Assembly: GCA_038883335.1 (NCBI GenBank)
Contig: JAVZMI010000006.1
Location: 16,811 to 80,810 of the forward strand
Direction of reading: 5' to 3'
Length of the DNA: 64,000 nt
Source of the DNA: Candidatus Bathyarchaeia archaeon
Lineage (GTDB): Archaea; Thermoproteota; Bathyarchaeia; Hecatellales; Hecatellaceae
The notes beneath the pieces are model-generated. The model saw only the letters and a program-made list of their open reading frames with translations, had not been told where the DNA came from and ran no database searches. Shown piece by piece: positions 1 to 8,561 of the stretch. How positions within the stretch are numbered: the first letter of the stretch is position 1; every line of letters starts with the position of its first letter. A program made the translations under genes and the position numbers.

Positions 1-874
1 TATAGGAGACTGCCACCAAAGCGCCCGCTAGGCTCTTAGGTTTAGGGCAGTAAGGTAACAGCAGACTTGTTTCGAGGGCACCTAGATCCTTTGAGAGGAA
101 ATATCTCAGGTCATGGTAGATGCCACGGGGCTTTAACACCCAAGAACTCGGTTGGCATATGTATATTTGACCGGAGAGGTGAGCGTCGGCAATCTCTTTT
201 GGGAGAATTTTTAGAAGCATATACTCGGTCATCACTTGGCCGCCCGCCGCCGAGTATACGTCCTCAACTGTCCTTGACTCCTTAGCTGCCTCTCGAAACA
301 GCACCGTAACGTCGTAGACTGGCATCCCCAGCCTCGTCAGCTTATGTCTATAGTCCTCAAGCCCCTTCTCTATCAGGATGGCATTTACAAACTCCCTTAT
401 GAGGGGAGCAGTCAGATACTTGGCCGGAACCTTTAAGAGACGCTCCTCAGCTTCAAGAGAGATTTTTTCAGCCAAGTCTTGGGGAAGCTCAGCCTCTTCC
501 ACTAGTGCCTTGGTGATCTTACTTCTTTCGAAACCTTCAATTGTGTGGCGGGAGGTTCTCACCAAGAGTTTCCCAGACTTTTTGAGTGAGTACTCCTCGA
601 GACTTTGAGAAAAGTTGACAACTATAGTGCCGAGTTCAGTTATCTTATACTTCTTGGTGGCTGTATCCACATCTATGAGATCTGCACTTAGTAGGCTTCG
701 GAGGTGATACACGAATTTACCAGCATCCTTGGCCGGTTCAAGGTTGAGCATCTCCATGATCTCACTATAGGCGAGTGGTCCCCTCATATTGAGAAGCTTG
801 AGTACCTGAAGCCTTGTAGGCGCAGACGCTGCATTAAATATATCTGCGCTAATTTTCTGCGGCTTCCTTGGCAT
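1..874 (-). CDS. 5' part of a gene for a wHTH + ATP-cone protein, probably a class III-like (anaerobic) ribonucleotide reductase. The gene continues beyond the window start.
   Basis: My own translation of the minus strand from the ATG at 874..872. It is absent from the ORF track because there is no stop inside the window. MPRKPQKISADIFNAASAPTRLQVLKLLNMRGPLAYSEIMEML... looks like an ArsR-type wHTH. LVRTSRHTIEGFERSKITKALVEEAELPQDLAEKISLEAEERLLK is ATP-cone-like. ...EIADAHLSGQIYICQ...IYHDLRYFL is reminiscent of the NrdD N-terminal region. The + strand ORFs 67..907 are antisense shadows. Confidence 0.6.
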   Translation of the reverse strand, partial: MPRKPQKISADIFNAASAPTRLQVLKLLNMRGPLAYSEIMEMLNLEPAKDAGKFVYHLRSLLSADLIDVDTATKKYKITELGTIVVNFSQSLEEYSLKKSGKLLVRTSRHTIEGFERSKITKALVEEAELPQDLAEKISLEAEERLLKVPAKYLTAPLIREFVNAILIEKGLEDYRHKLTRLGMPVYDVTVLFREAAKESRTVEDVYSAAGGQVMTEYMLLKILPKEIADAHLSGQIYICQPSSWVLKPRGIYHDLRYFLSKDLGALETSLLLPYCPKPKSLAGALVAVSY

Positions 875-999
875 CTGTCCTTCCCCGTTACGGGTGAGTT
901 TGTCTAATTTTTTAAACCCAACCCTTAAATTACCATTAACGTGTTTGTAGCATATAAGCCTGAATCTCACGTGTTCTTATGTAGAGGTTTGACGGAGGT

Positions 1000-2283
1000 T
1001 TGGACTTGGAGAAAACATCTCAACTTCCAGGATTCTATAAGTTAAGCTACGAGAGAAGGCTGGAGATAATCAAGAAGTTCGCGGAACTCACTGAGGAGGA
1101 GACGCGGTTGCTTAGTTCAACCTCACCTCTGAAAATCGAGGTTGCGGAGAGGATGATAGAGAACTTGATTGGAGTTATGCCGGTACCCTTAGGGGTTGCC
1201 GTGAACTTCCTCATCAACGGTAAAGACTATCTAATTCCCATGGCTACTGAGGAGCCTTCAGTAGTAGCTGCCGCCAGCCATGCGGCGAAACTTGCGAGGG
1301 ATGGGGGGGGATTCCTGACGGATAGTACGGATCCTGTGATGATCGGCCAAATTCAAGTCGTAGACGTCAAGGATCCTTACGGTGCGAGAGTAGCCGTCCT
1401 TAAAGAGAAAGGGAAGATTCTCTCGAAGGCGAATGAACAAGACCCACTCCTAGTATCACTTGGCGGGGGTGCAAAGGATCTTGAGGCGAGGGTGATCCAA
1501 ACTTCGTCAGGCCCCATGGTTATCGCCGAGCTATTAGTAGATTGCAAGGATGCTATGGGGGCTAACGTCATCAACACGATGGCTGAAGCTGTGGCGCCGA
1601 TAATAGAGGAAACAACTCGCGGGAGAGCCCTCCTGAGGATAGTCTCAAACCTTGCCACGAGACGGCTGGCCAGGGCTACAGTAGTCATCCCAAAAGAGAC
1701 CCTAGGTGGGGAGAATGTGGTGGACGACATAATTGCAGCTTACGCCTTCGCGGCGGCTGATCAGTATAGATGCGCAACCCATAACAAAGGAGTAATGAAC
1801 GGAATTACCGCCGTGGTACTCGCGACTGGGAACGACACGAGAGCCGTGGAGGCTGGTGCACATGCCTACGCCAGTAGGGGGGGACAATACAGCCCCTTGA
1901 CTGTTTGGGAGAAGAGCGTCGAAGGCGATCTCGTCGGCAGCATAGAACTCCCTGTTGCAGTAGGACTGGTGGGTGGAGCCACAGCCTCGAATCCGATAGC
2001 AAAGGTGGCGGTTAAGATTTTAGGAGTAAAGACTGCCCGCGAGTTGGGGGAAGTTCTAGCCGCCGTGGGTTTAGCTCAGAACTTAGCCGCGTTGAGGGCG
2101 CTAGCTACTGAGGGGATACAGGAGGGACACATGAAGCTTCACGCTCGAAATATTGCTTTCGCCGCCGGGGCGAGGGGTGAAATGATCGATAGGGTTGCGG
2201 AAAGGATGATCTCAGAGCACAGAATCAGGTTAGACAGGGCTAAAGAAATTTTGAGCGAATTGACACTGGAGAAGGAAAGCTAA
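1000..2283 (+). CDS. hmgA: HMG-CoA reductase, class II type
   Basis: 427 aa, collinear with Pseudomonas mevalonii-type class II HMGR. Motifs seen: ENLIGVMPVPLGVA, PMATEEPSVVAAAS, DAMGANVINTMAEAVAP, THNKGVMNG, ATGNDTRAVEAGAHAYA, EGIQEGHMKLHARN (the catalytic E/K/D/H positions are present). The start is a TTG at 1000 or 1006, with GGAGG at 994..998. Confidence 0.9.
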   Translation: MDLEKTSQLPGFYKLSYERRLEIIKKFAELTEEETRLLSSTSPLKIEVAERMIENLIGVMPVPLGVAVNFLINGKDYLIPMATEEPSVVAAASHAAKLARDGGGFLTDSTDPVMIGQIQVVDVKDPYGARVAVLKEKGKILSKANEQDPLLVSLGGGAKDLEARVIQTSSGPMVIAELLVDCKDAMGANVINTMAEAVAPIIEETTRGRALLRIVSNLATRRLARATVVIPKETLGGENVVDDIIAAYAFAAADQYRCATHNKGVMNGITAVVLATGNDTRAVEAGAHAYASRGGQYSPLTVWEKSVEGDLVGSIELPVAVGLVGGATASNPIAKVAVKILGVKTARELGEVLAAVGLAQNLAALRALATEGIQEGHMKLHARNIAFAAGARGEMIDRVAERMISEHRIRLDRAKEILSELTLEKES

Positions 2284-2296
2284 TGCAGTCTGTGGA

Positions 2297-2375
2297 GGGG
2301 TGGTAGTCCAGATTGGTCTAAGATTCCTGGCTCGGGCCCAGGAGATCGTGGGTTCAAATCCCACCCACCCCACCA
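2297..2375 (+). tRNA. tRNA-Pro (anticodon CGG), with a genomically encoded 3' CCA
   Basis: Hand-folded cloverleaf. Acceptor stem GGGGTGG/CCACCCC, D arm GTCC-AGATTGGTCTA-AGAT, anticodon stem CCTGG/CCAGG with loop CTCGGGC (CGG, G37), variable loop AGATC, T arm GTGGG-TTCAAAT-CCCAC, discriminator A, then CCA. Confidence 0.85.
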
Positions 2376-2632
2376 AACCTATCTCCAGCGATGGTTTATA
2401 GTTTAACTTCCGTTTTGCAGAGGGGCCTCGTACCCAGAATTTTACCTCTTGAAAATTATTACTAAGATCGGTGCGGTGATGTGCATAATTAGTCCGTATA
2501 GGGCAGAAGGTAATGCATCTTCAGGGTTGGAGAATTGTAAGACCGCGGCTGTTCCTACGCTAAGCTCTTTAATCCTTATAGTTAAGATGGACGCTATAAA
2601 TCAATTAACTCCGAAAATATTCGGCTATGAGC

Positions 2633-3868
2633 CTAGGGGGAGGGGCGTTCCCCCAGATTTAGTGGAATTGTAAGTTTTACGCCGTGTCTCAAAATGGTCA
2701 CGTTTATTGTATCGCCGGGGGATTTATACTCATCTAGGTATGCTCCAAGGTCCTCAAGGGTCCTAACCTCAACACCGTCAACTTGTACTATGATGTCACC
2801 GCCGATCTCCATCGTTTGGCCTAGAATAGTAATCGGATGAGTTCCACCTCTTAACCCCGCGGACTCAGCTGGGCTGCCCTCCACAACATCTACTATTAGG
2901 ACGCCGCGAGTGACGTTCAAATTCATAGCCTCCGCTATTTTTAAGTCTAGAGAGAGAGCGACAATACCGATCCAAGGATGCTTAAATTCTCCTCTCTCAA
3001 CAAGAGAGGTAGCGACTCTCTTTACCATATTTGATGGCACCGCGAACCCTAAACCTTCACCATACAATTTCGGAACAGTAGCTGTTGTAATGCCGATAAC
3101 TTCCTCTCGATAGTTTAAAAGCGGCCCCCCAGAGTTTCCTGGATTAACAGCGGCATCAAACTGGATTACATTGTAGATCGAGAAACCCTCCCTCATTTCG
3201 AGGCTTCTGTGAGTTTGGCTCACGACGCCGGTGGTTAGAGAGCCCCCCAGACCTAGAGGGTTACCAATGGCTATTACAGGTTCTCCAACCTTTACTGAAG
3301 ATGAATTACCTAAGGTGAGCGGCCTAACTCCACTAGGCAGATCTACTTTTAACACCGCAATGTCGCTATAGGGATCTGCAGATACAAACCGGCCTCTAAC
3401 TGTTGTCCCATCCATAAAAATGACTTCAATCCCTAGTTGAGCCTCAAAACCCTCAACTACGTGATTGTTGGTTAGGATGTAGCCTTCATCGCTGAATACG
3501 AAACCTGACCCTTCAGACTCGCTCACCAATCCATCCTGCATGACGCCTACCTTTATTGAGACAATAGACCCTGCAACGGCCTCAAATACCCTGTCCGCTG
3601 TCTTAATTTTGCCTTGTAACTCTGAGAGGTTTGCAGATATACCTTCAATTTTCTCTTTTAAAACTTCCTGGTCACTTTTGATCTGGGATAGTTTCTCTGA
3701 TAGAACTTCGACATGCTCTTTAAGTTGATTTATTTCTAGCCGAGATGGGTTGAGAACCCAGGTAAGGTAGTTGCCAGCAAGTACGCCTGCAACCAGTGCT
3801 ACAGAGACTATCAGAACAACCACTTTAACAGAGAGCTCTCTCTTTGCCTCTTGCTCCATGCCAAACAC
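2633..3868 (-). CDS. htrA: HtrA/DegP-family serine protease with an N-terminal TM anchor, a coiled coil and a C-terminal PDZ domain
   Basis: Catalytic motifs TNNHVV (His) and GNSGGPL (Ser). PDZ-like VVEGSPAESAGLRGGT...GDIIVQVDG. N-terminal hydrophobic helix VVVLIVSVALVAGVLAG. Confidence 0.85.
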   Translation of the reverse strand: MFGMEQEAKRELSVKVVVLIVSVALVAGVLAGNYLTWVLNPSRLEINQLKEHVEVLSEKLSQIKSDQEVLKEKIEGISANLSELQGKIKTADRVFEAVAGSIVSIKVGVMQDGLVSESEGSGFVFSDEGYILTNNHVVEGFEAQLGIEVIFMDGTTVRGRFVSADPYSDIAVLKVDLPSGVRPLTLGNSSSVKVGEPVIAIGNPLGLGGSLTTGVVSQTHRSLEMREGFSIYNVIQFDAAVNPGNSGGPLLNYREEVIGITTATVPKLYGEGLGFAVPSNMVKRVATSLVERGEFKHPWIGIVALSLDLKIAEAMNLNVTRGVLIVDVVEGSPAESAGLRGGTHPITILGQTMEIGGDIIVQVDGVEVRTLEDLGAYLDEYKSPGDTINVTILRHGVKLTIPLNLGERPSP

Positions 3869-3919
3869 TACTGAGATGTCAATGTCTATCCAGATAAATA
3901 TTTCAATGCCCCTTCAGAC

Positions 3920-4366
3920 TTAATCCGTCAAACTAGCTTCCGCGGTGTGTCCCAACTCCCCGTCTATCCTGGCTAGGTTCGGCTTCCATGTGAGCGCCAA
4001 AAACCCTCCTACCACGCCAAGAACAAAACCCACGATAACACCCCCACCTACGACTATACTAAGTGTTGAGAACACGGAGATGACGATGCCCCATAACCTC
4101 TTCTGTGAAGGGTTGCGGTATAACATAGACGCCCCCAGCAACACGATGACACCGAACATCGCCCCAGCAGCCATCAGCATGTTTAGGAGCAACAGAGCAA
4201 CGGCCGAGGTGGTTATGTAGAAGTGAGAAGGAGGTATCAGTCCGGCTATGCCAAACTCGACAATAAAGGATCTGATGACGCCCAGAAGCACCACATTGAA
4301 CAGTATAAGAGAACCCGCAGCGAAGGAGAGAACACATGCCGCCATTGGCCTCTCATTTCTACTCAT
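3920..4366 (-). CDS. Small integral membrane protein of unknown function
   Basis: 148 aa with about 4 hydrophobic segments (for example FAAGSLILFNVVLLGVI and VGGGVIVGFVLGVVGGFLAL). I recognise no motif. Confidence 0.5.
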   Translation of the reverse strand: MSRNERPMAACVLSFAAGSLILFNVVLLGVIRSFIVEFGIAGLIPPSHFYITTSAVALLLLNMLMAAGAMFGVIVLLGASMLYRNPSQKRLWGIVISVFSTLSIVVGGGVIVGFVLGVVGGFLALTWKPNLARIDGELGHTAEASLTD

Positions 4367-4433
4367 AAAATCTACCTAGTTCAGGTTTAACACCTGATGC
4401 ATATAATCCATGCTCCATTTGTAGGTTAGACTA

Positions 4434-4670
4434 TCAATCAGCTAAGATTTGGTTGGTCAAGAAGCTCTCAACCGCCTTCACTAACTCTTCCCTGGAGCAG
4501 TCTGTCCTCCACATACTCTCTGGGAGGGTGAGCATCTCTCTCCTCTCAATTCTCCTGCCGACGATGATTACGAAGTTCCCAGCTTCATCCTCGGAAATCT
4601 CGATTGCACCCTTATTCTTCAGGCCGCGTATTCCAACTCTATCCCGAACTCTGATCTCTTTAATCTCCAC
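4434..4670 (-). CDS. Hypothetical small protein
   Basis: 78-aa ORF in an otherwise empty interval. No recognisable motif. An antisense ORF of similar size exists, so coding status is uncertain. Confidence 0.35.
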   Translation of the reverse strand: MEIKEIRVRDRVGIRGLKNKGAIEISEDEAGNFVIIVGRRIERREMLTLPESMWRTDCSREELVKAVESFLTNQILAD

Positions 4671-4804
4671 ACCTAAACTCTCTGTTGAGGGGATGTAACT
4701 TCTCAGCCTTATATAAATACGCCAGAACTCTTCCGCAGCTTAGGTGAGATAGACAGCCCCTGACAGAATAGAGGCTGTAATAACTTTTATACGCATTACT
4801 ACGT

Positions 4805-5119
4805 ATGAATAAGGTTAAATTGACGATAACAGTCGACGGCGCCGTCCTAAGGAGCGCCGAGAAGGTAGCCGCGGAGAGGCGAACGCCGCTATCCAGAGCG
4901 GTAGAAAGCTTCCTGCTGTTCTATTCAAAGATTAAGGTTTACTGTTTCAAATGCGGGGAGAAGATCAATATAGCTGAGGCCATGGTGTGTCCCAGCTGCG
5001 GCTGGGTAGCTTGCCCAAGCTGTGAATCCTGCAGGTGCGCCCTAGGCGAGGACGCAGCTGTGGCTGTCTACCATATTAGGAGAACCTACGAGGAGCTTTT
5101 GAGTTGGAGAGTGAAATAG
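4805..5119 (+). CDS. Small protein with an RHH-like N-terminus and a cysteine zinc-ribbon C-terminus (possible regulator)
   Basis: KLTITVDGAVLRSAEKVAAERRTPLSRAVESFL resembles a ribbon-helix-helix. It is followed by CFKCG...CPSCGWVACPSCESCRC. It sits first in a co-directional run with the next three genes. Confidence 0.5.
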   Translation: MNKVKLTITVDGAVLRSAEKVAAERRTPLSRAVESFLLFYSKIKVYCFKCGEKINIAEAMVCPSCGWVACPSCESCRCALGEDAAVAVYHIRRTYEELLSWRVK

Positions 5120-5850
5120 CAGTGTTCCCTATAGTTTGGGTATATTGGGCGGTCAGCCTCACAGTAGTGACCTATGCGAGCAGTTATATAGTAAGAAGAT
5201 TCCCGGAACACGGCTTCGCTGCGCTCACCGCTTTTTACACAATCTACTTAGGCGCATCTCAGATAATTGCCAGTAGGATTGTGGCTTTTGACTTGGGTGT
5301 TTACTCATTTTTCGCGCCAGCCGCTGTATTTGTCTACCCATTCATCGCACAGGCGATTGATATGGTAAATGAGACCTATGGGAGGGGCAAAGCCCATCTA
5401 GCGATCCTAATAGCCTTCATAACGCAGGTGTTGTTAGTGGTATTTATAGCAATGGTTAACAGTCTACCTCCAGCACCATTCTTCCAGTTTGAGGAGGCAT
5501 GGCAGAGTCTATTCAGCCTGTCCATAAGGATAACTGTAGCCTCCTGGGTAGCGTTTCTAATCTGCCAGAATATAGATGCGTATGTCTTTGCTTGGCTAAA
5601 GAGAAAGTATGAGACAAAGATTCTGTTGCGGAGCACAGTAAGCGACATTTTAGATTTAACTTTGGACAGTGTGATCTTTGTAACCTTAGCCTTCTACGGG
5701 GTTATGCCTATAGTTCCCCTGATTATAGGTCAAATAGTTAGTAAGAACCTTATCGGGATTCTAGATAACCCGTGGTTTATATGGTATAAACGGATGACTG
5801 GGAAAGCTGAGGTGGAGTGGAGCAGCATAACAGTGACACAGCAAGCATAG
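5104..5850 (+). CDS. YhhQ/VUT-family membrane transporter (queuosine/7-deazaguanine precursor transporter family)
   Basis: 248 aa, about 6 TM segments. The signature-like stretch VYPFIAQAIDMVNETYGRGKA matches the YhhQ/DUF165 pattern as I remember it. The neighbours have archaeosine-related motifs. Confidence 0.6.
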   Translation: MESEIAVFPIVWVYWAVSLTVVTYASSYIVRRFPEHGFAALTAFYTIYLGASQIIASRIVAFDLGVYSFFAPAAVFVYPFIAQAIDMVNETYGRGKAHLAILIAFITQVLLVVFIAMVNSLPPAPFFQFEEAWQSLFSLSIRITVASWVAFLICQNIDAYVFAWLKRKYETKILLRSTVSDILDLTLDSVIFVTLAFYGVMPIVPLIIGQIVSKNLIGILDNPWFIWYKRMTGKAEVEWSSITVTQQA

Positions 5851-5929
5851 CCTTTGACTATTAGCAACCAACCCGAGCGCCATACAGGTATGTCTTGTAA
5901 TGAGTAACTGATTAGCGGTTACATGTGAA

Positions 5930-6625
5930 TTGGGGGAGATGACAGTGAAGACAGGAGCAACGTGGAATGGGACAGACTTGGTATGGTCAGGTGACGGTAA
6001 GACCTACCTCCGCGGCGTTGGAGCTGAGTATCTCCTTCACCCCTTCTTCGAGGAGGGTTATAGGAGAGTAATTCAAGGGTATAAGCTTGGGAGGCACTAT
6101 AAATTGGGGCTTTTCATTCCGTGCGCTTACGGAAAACCCTACAGCCAATCATACATTCATTACTTCATAATTAAGGCTTTGAAGAGGCTTGGTAAGGCAT
6201 ACGCGGACATCCACCAAATAGTGGTTTCCAATGCCGGAGTAATCCCGCGTGAGCTTGAAGAACACTACCCATATTGCTGCTATGACTGGAACCCCAGGTA
6301 TGAGAACCCTGAGATAAAAGAGCTGTACACTGAAACCCTCAGCCGACGCTTGAGGCAGTACGTCGAGAGGTTCAATCTGTTCTATGATAGGTTCGCCTGT
6401 TACCTGAGATGGGATTCTGAAAGCTACCGCGCGATAAGAATGTTGGAGGAGGACATGAAGCTTAAGGTGAAGATACCTAACCTGTCCCTACGCCCTGAGA
6501 AGATACCGAAGAGCGAGGTGAAGCAGGCATCTTTTGGGGTCTACGACTATGAGGACGACATAGTCCTGATAACGCCGTCTAACCTACGCAGTCTGCAATC
6601 ATCTATTAGAGGACTCTTGAGATGA
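5930..6625 (+). CDS. Stand-alone ArcS-type catalytic domain protein (DUF5591-like), archaeosine synthesis
   Basis: Exact match to the ArcS motif PC-X3-KPY-X2-S-X2-H: PCAYGKPYSQSYIH (nt 6119..6160). The protein is only 231 aa and has no TGT or PUA domains. Confidence 0.65.
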   Translation: MGEMTVKTGATWNGTDLVWSGDGKTYLRGVGAEYLLHPFFEEGYRRVIQGYKLGRHYKLGLFIPCAYGKPYSQSYIHYFIIKALKRLGKAYADIHQIVVSNAGVIPRELEEHYPYCCYDWNPRYENPEIKELYTETLSRRLRQYVERFNLFYDRFACYLRWDSESYRAIRMLEEDMKLKVKIPNLSLRPEKIPKSEVKQASFGVYDYEDDIVLITPSNLRSLQSSIRGLLR

Positions 6626-7344
6626 TAGGGGTCGACTACGACGAGAAGAGTAAGAGACTGGTAGCGATCCTCAAAGGGTTCCCCTGCTCGTGGGGACGGT
6701 GTATCTTCTGCAATCTATCCAAAGAATCTACAACTGATCTAGAGGAGCTTTTGAAGACAGATTTACATATCATCGAAGAGATAGCAAGGTATAACGCAAC
6801 ATGCGAGGTGAGGCGGCTTTCAATCTTCAACGGCGGATCATTCTTTGAGCTGCCCCTCTATGTAGTACAGCAGCTCTCAAATGTCACTAAGGGCAGATAC
6901 GTCGACATAGAGTCGCTTCCACACTTCGTCAATGAAGACTCCGTAAAATGCACCTTAAGCCTTCTGCAGCCCAGTACCTTGGAGATACGTTTCGGCTTTG
7001 AGAGCAGCAACGAGTCTATTAGGCGTAGCTTGGGGAAATGCATAACCGAGTCTGAGGTGGCGAGAATCTCTGAGCTTAGAAAAACTGTGAGGGACAGCAT
7101 GGGTGGGCGTATACGCTTCGTCGTGTATGTTCTTTTCGGGATGGAAGGTATAAGTGAGGAGAGCGTTATCGAGAGTGTGACATCATTTAAACAGTTATTC
7201 GACGGTGTGGTAGCTATTCGATATCGAAGGTACACCCCAGAGATGCCGAACACCAAGCCGATATCTCGTAGGCTCATGACCTTTTTATCCGAAAACTGCC
7301 TAGATGTGGATCTGACTGAAGGTAGGGTGTGGGAGATAGAATAG
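6622..7344 (+). CDS. Radical-SAM-like protein (possible RaSEA-type partner of ArcS)
   Basis: Cysteine triad near the N-terminus, GFPCSWGRCIFCNL (C-X4-C-X2-C, nt 6685..6711). There is a 4-nt start/stop overlap with the upstream ArcS-motif gene. The remainder looks TIM-barrel-like. At 240 aa it is shorter than typical RaSEA. Confidence 0.45.
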   Translation: MIGVDYDEKSKRLVAILKGFPCSWGRCIFCNLSKESTTDLEELLKTDLHIIEEIARYNATCEVRRLSIFNGGSFFELPLYVVQQLSNVTKGRYVDIESLPHFVNEDSVKCTLSLLQPSTLEIRFGFESSNESIRRSLGKCITESEVARISELRKTVRDSMGGRIRFVVYVLFGMEGISEESVIESVTSFKQLFDGVVAIRYRRYTPEMPNTKPISRRLMTFLSENCLDVDLTEGRVWEIE

Positions 7345-7434
7345 CGAGAGGTTGCTGGCTTAGAAAGTTAGGGGCAGAAGAGGTGAGTTTTGATAGTCCA
7401 ATTCTGATAGTGAAAGTACCATGCTGTTCATTTT

Positions 7435-7806
7435 TCAGACTTCCATGTCTGGGTACATGCCTAATGTTCTCCTGAGGTCGTTCTTCAATCCTTTCTTCTC
7501 CACCTCTTTTATTAGCTCCGCAATAGAGGTTTCAAACCATACAGGTCTATCCATATCTTCCGAGATGATGAATATACTGTTACGCTCGTCCTTCAACCCA
7601 AACCTTATCAGATCGCCGAGGAGTTTCTCATCTACCTTGAAGTTGATCTCATAATCTTCACCATTTTCCAAGCTTCTGCAGTCAAATCTAGCGCTCAAAC
7701 CCTGAATCGTTAGGCTCTTTACCTTATAGAAGACATCATTGAACTTTAAGTATAACCTGCCTTCACTGAGAACCTTATCAACGACTTTCAAGTATTTTTC
7801 AGCCAA
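7435..7806 (-). CDS. Hypothetical protein
   Basis: 123-aa ORF with no recognisable motif. Confidence 0.4.
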   Translation of the reverse strand: MAEKYLKVVDKVLSEGRLYLKFNDVFYKVKSLTIQGLSARFDCRSLENGEDYEINFKVDEKLLGDLIRFGLKDERNSIFIISEDMDRPVWFETSIAELIKEVEKKGLKNDLRRTLGMYPDMEV

Positions 7807-7963
7807 TGTTTAACACCGAGCTGAGTAGCGTTTTATGTTGAGGATAGATCAAACTCGACTTGGGCTGCCCCTCCAAGCTGGCAAGTCGCCGGATGTTTCC
7901 TCCGAACGCGGTTGATTAAGCTAATTATTGCTGATTGGTTATATGAAATTTTTCCAACACCCC

Positions 7964-8561
7964 CTAAAATTTAACGTTTAATATTTTTCTCAACTTCCCA
8001 AAGTCTTCTATAACGAATTCTCTAATATTTGGGAACCTCAATCCAGCCGAAGGATGGTAGGTTACAAAAAATTTTTCGGCTACTGATCACTAGTGTTTCA
8101 CCGTGAAGATGGCTTACGCTCCCTCCCCCCAACACTGCCTTAAGTGCCACGTCCCCAAGCAGAACCACAACCTCAGGGTTTATGATTGACAGCTGCCTTT
8201 CTAAGTAAGGCATGCAGGCCTCAACCTCATCTTTCCTAGGCTTTCTGTTATTCGGTGTAAGGCATTTGACGCAGGATGTGAGATAAACCTCATCCCTGCC
8301 AAGCCCGGTGAGATTTAAAAGATCACCTAAAAAACGCCCCGCTCTACCTATAAAGGGTCTGCCAGCGGCGTCTTCACTCCTACCTGGACTTTGACCTACA
8401 AAGAGCACCCTTGCATCGAGGGCTCCCTCACCTGGTACCGCGTGAGTTCTATACGTGTGAAGACGACACTTTAGGCATGTTGAGACTTTGAGGTTTAACG
8501 CCTCGACCTGTATTTTCTTGATGGACAGAATCTCGGCCATATTACATGCACCCTGAAGCAA
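7964..8561 (-). pseudogene. udg: Family-4 uracil-DNA glycosylase whose reading frame is broken by a 1-nt frameshift in an A/T homopolymer (a true pseudogene or an assembly error)
   Basis: ORF 8022..8561 carries CLKCRL...VPGEGALDARVLFVGQSPGRSEDAAGRPFIGRAGRFL (UDG4 motif A plus Fe-S cysteines). It ends aberrantly with ...SSRKIFCNLPSFGWIEVPKY. Shifting frame at the minus-strand run AAAAATTTTTT (plus strand A6 at 8066..8071, T5 at 8072..8076) gives ...KIFVTYHPSAGLRFPNIREFVIEDFGKLRKILNVKF, with a stop at 7964..7966. That restores the canonical HPS motif B. Confidence 0.7.

Noticed and set aside
2449-2673. 74-aa ORF between tRNA-Pro and htrA.
   Set aside because: It overlaps the 3' end of htrA on the opposite strand, has no motifs, and sits in what looks like a terminator/intergenic region.
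2297-4400. Integrated element at tRNA-Pro. I made the same check at tRNA-Phe (49373..49449).
   Set aside because: I noticed no integrase, no direct repeat of the tRNA 3' end nearby, and the neighbouring genes are ordinary housekeeping genes.
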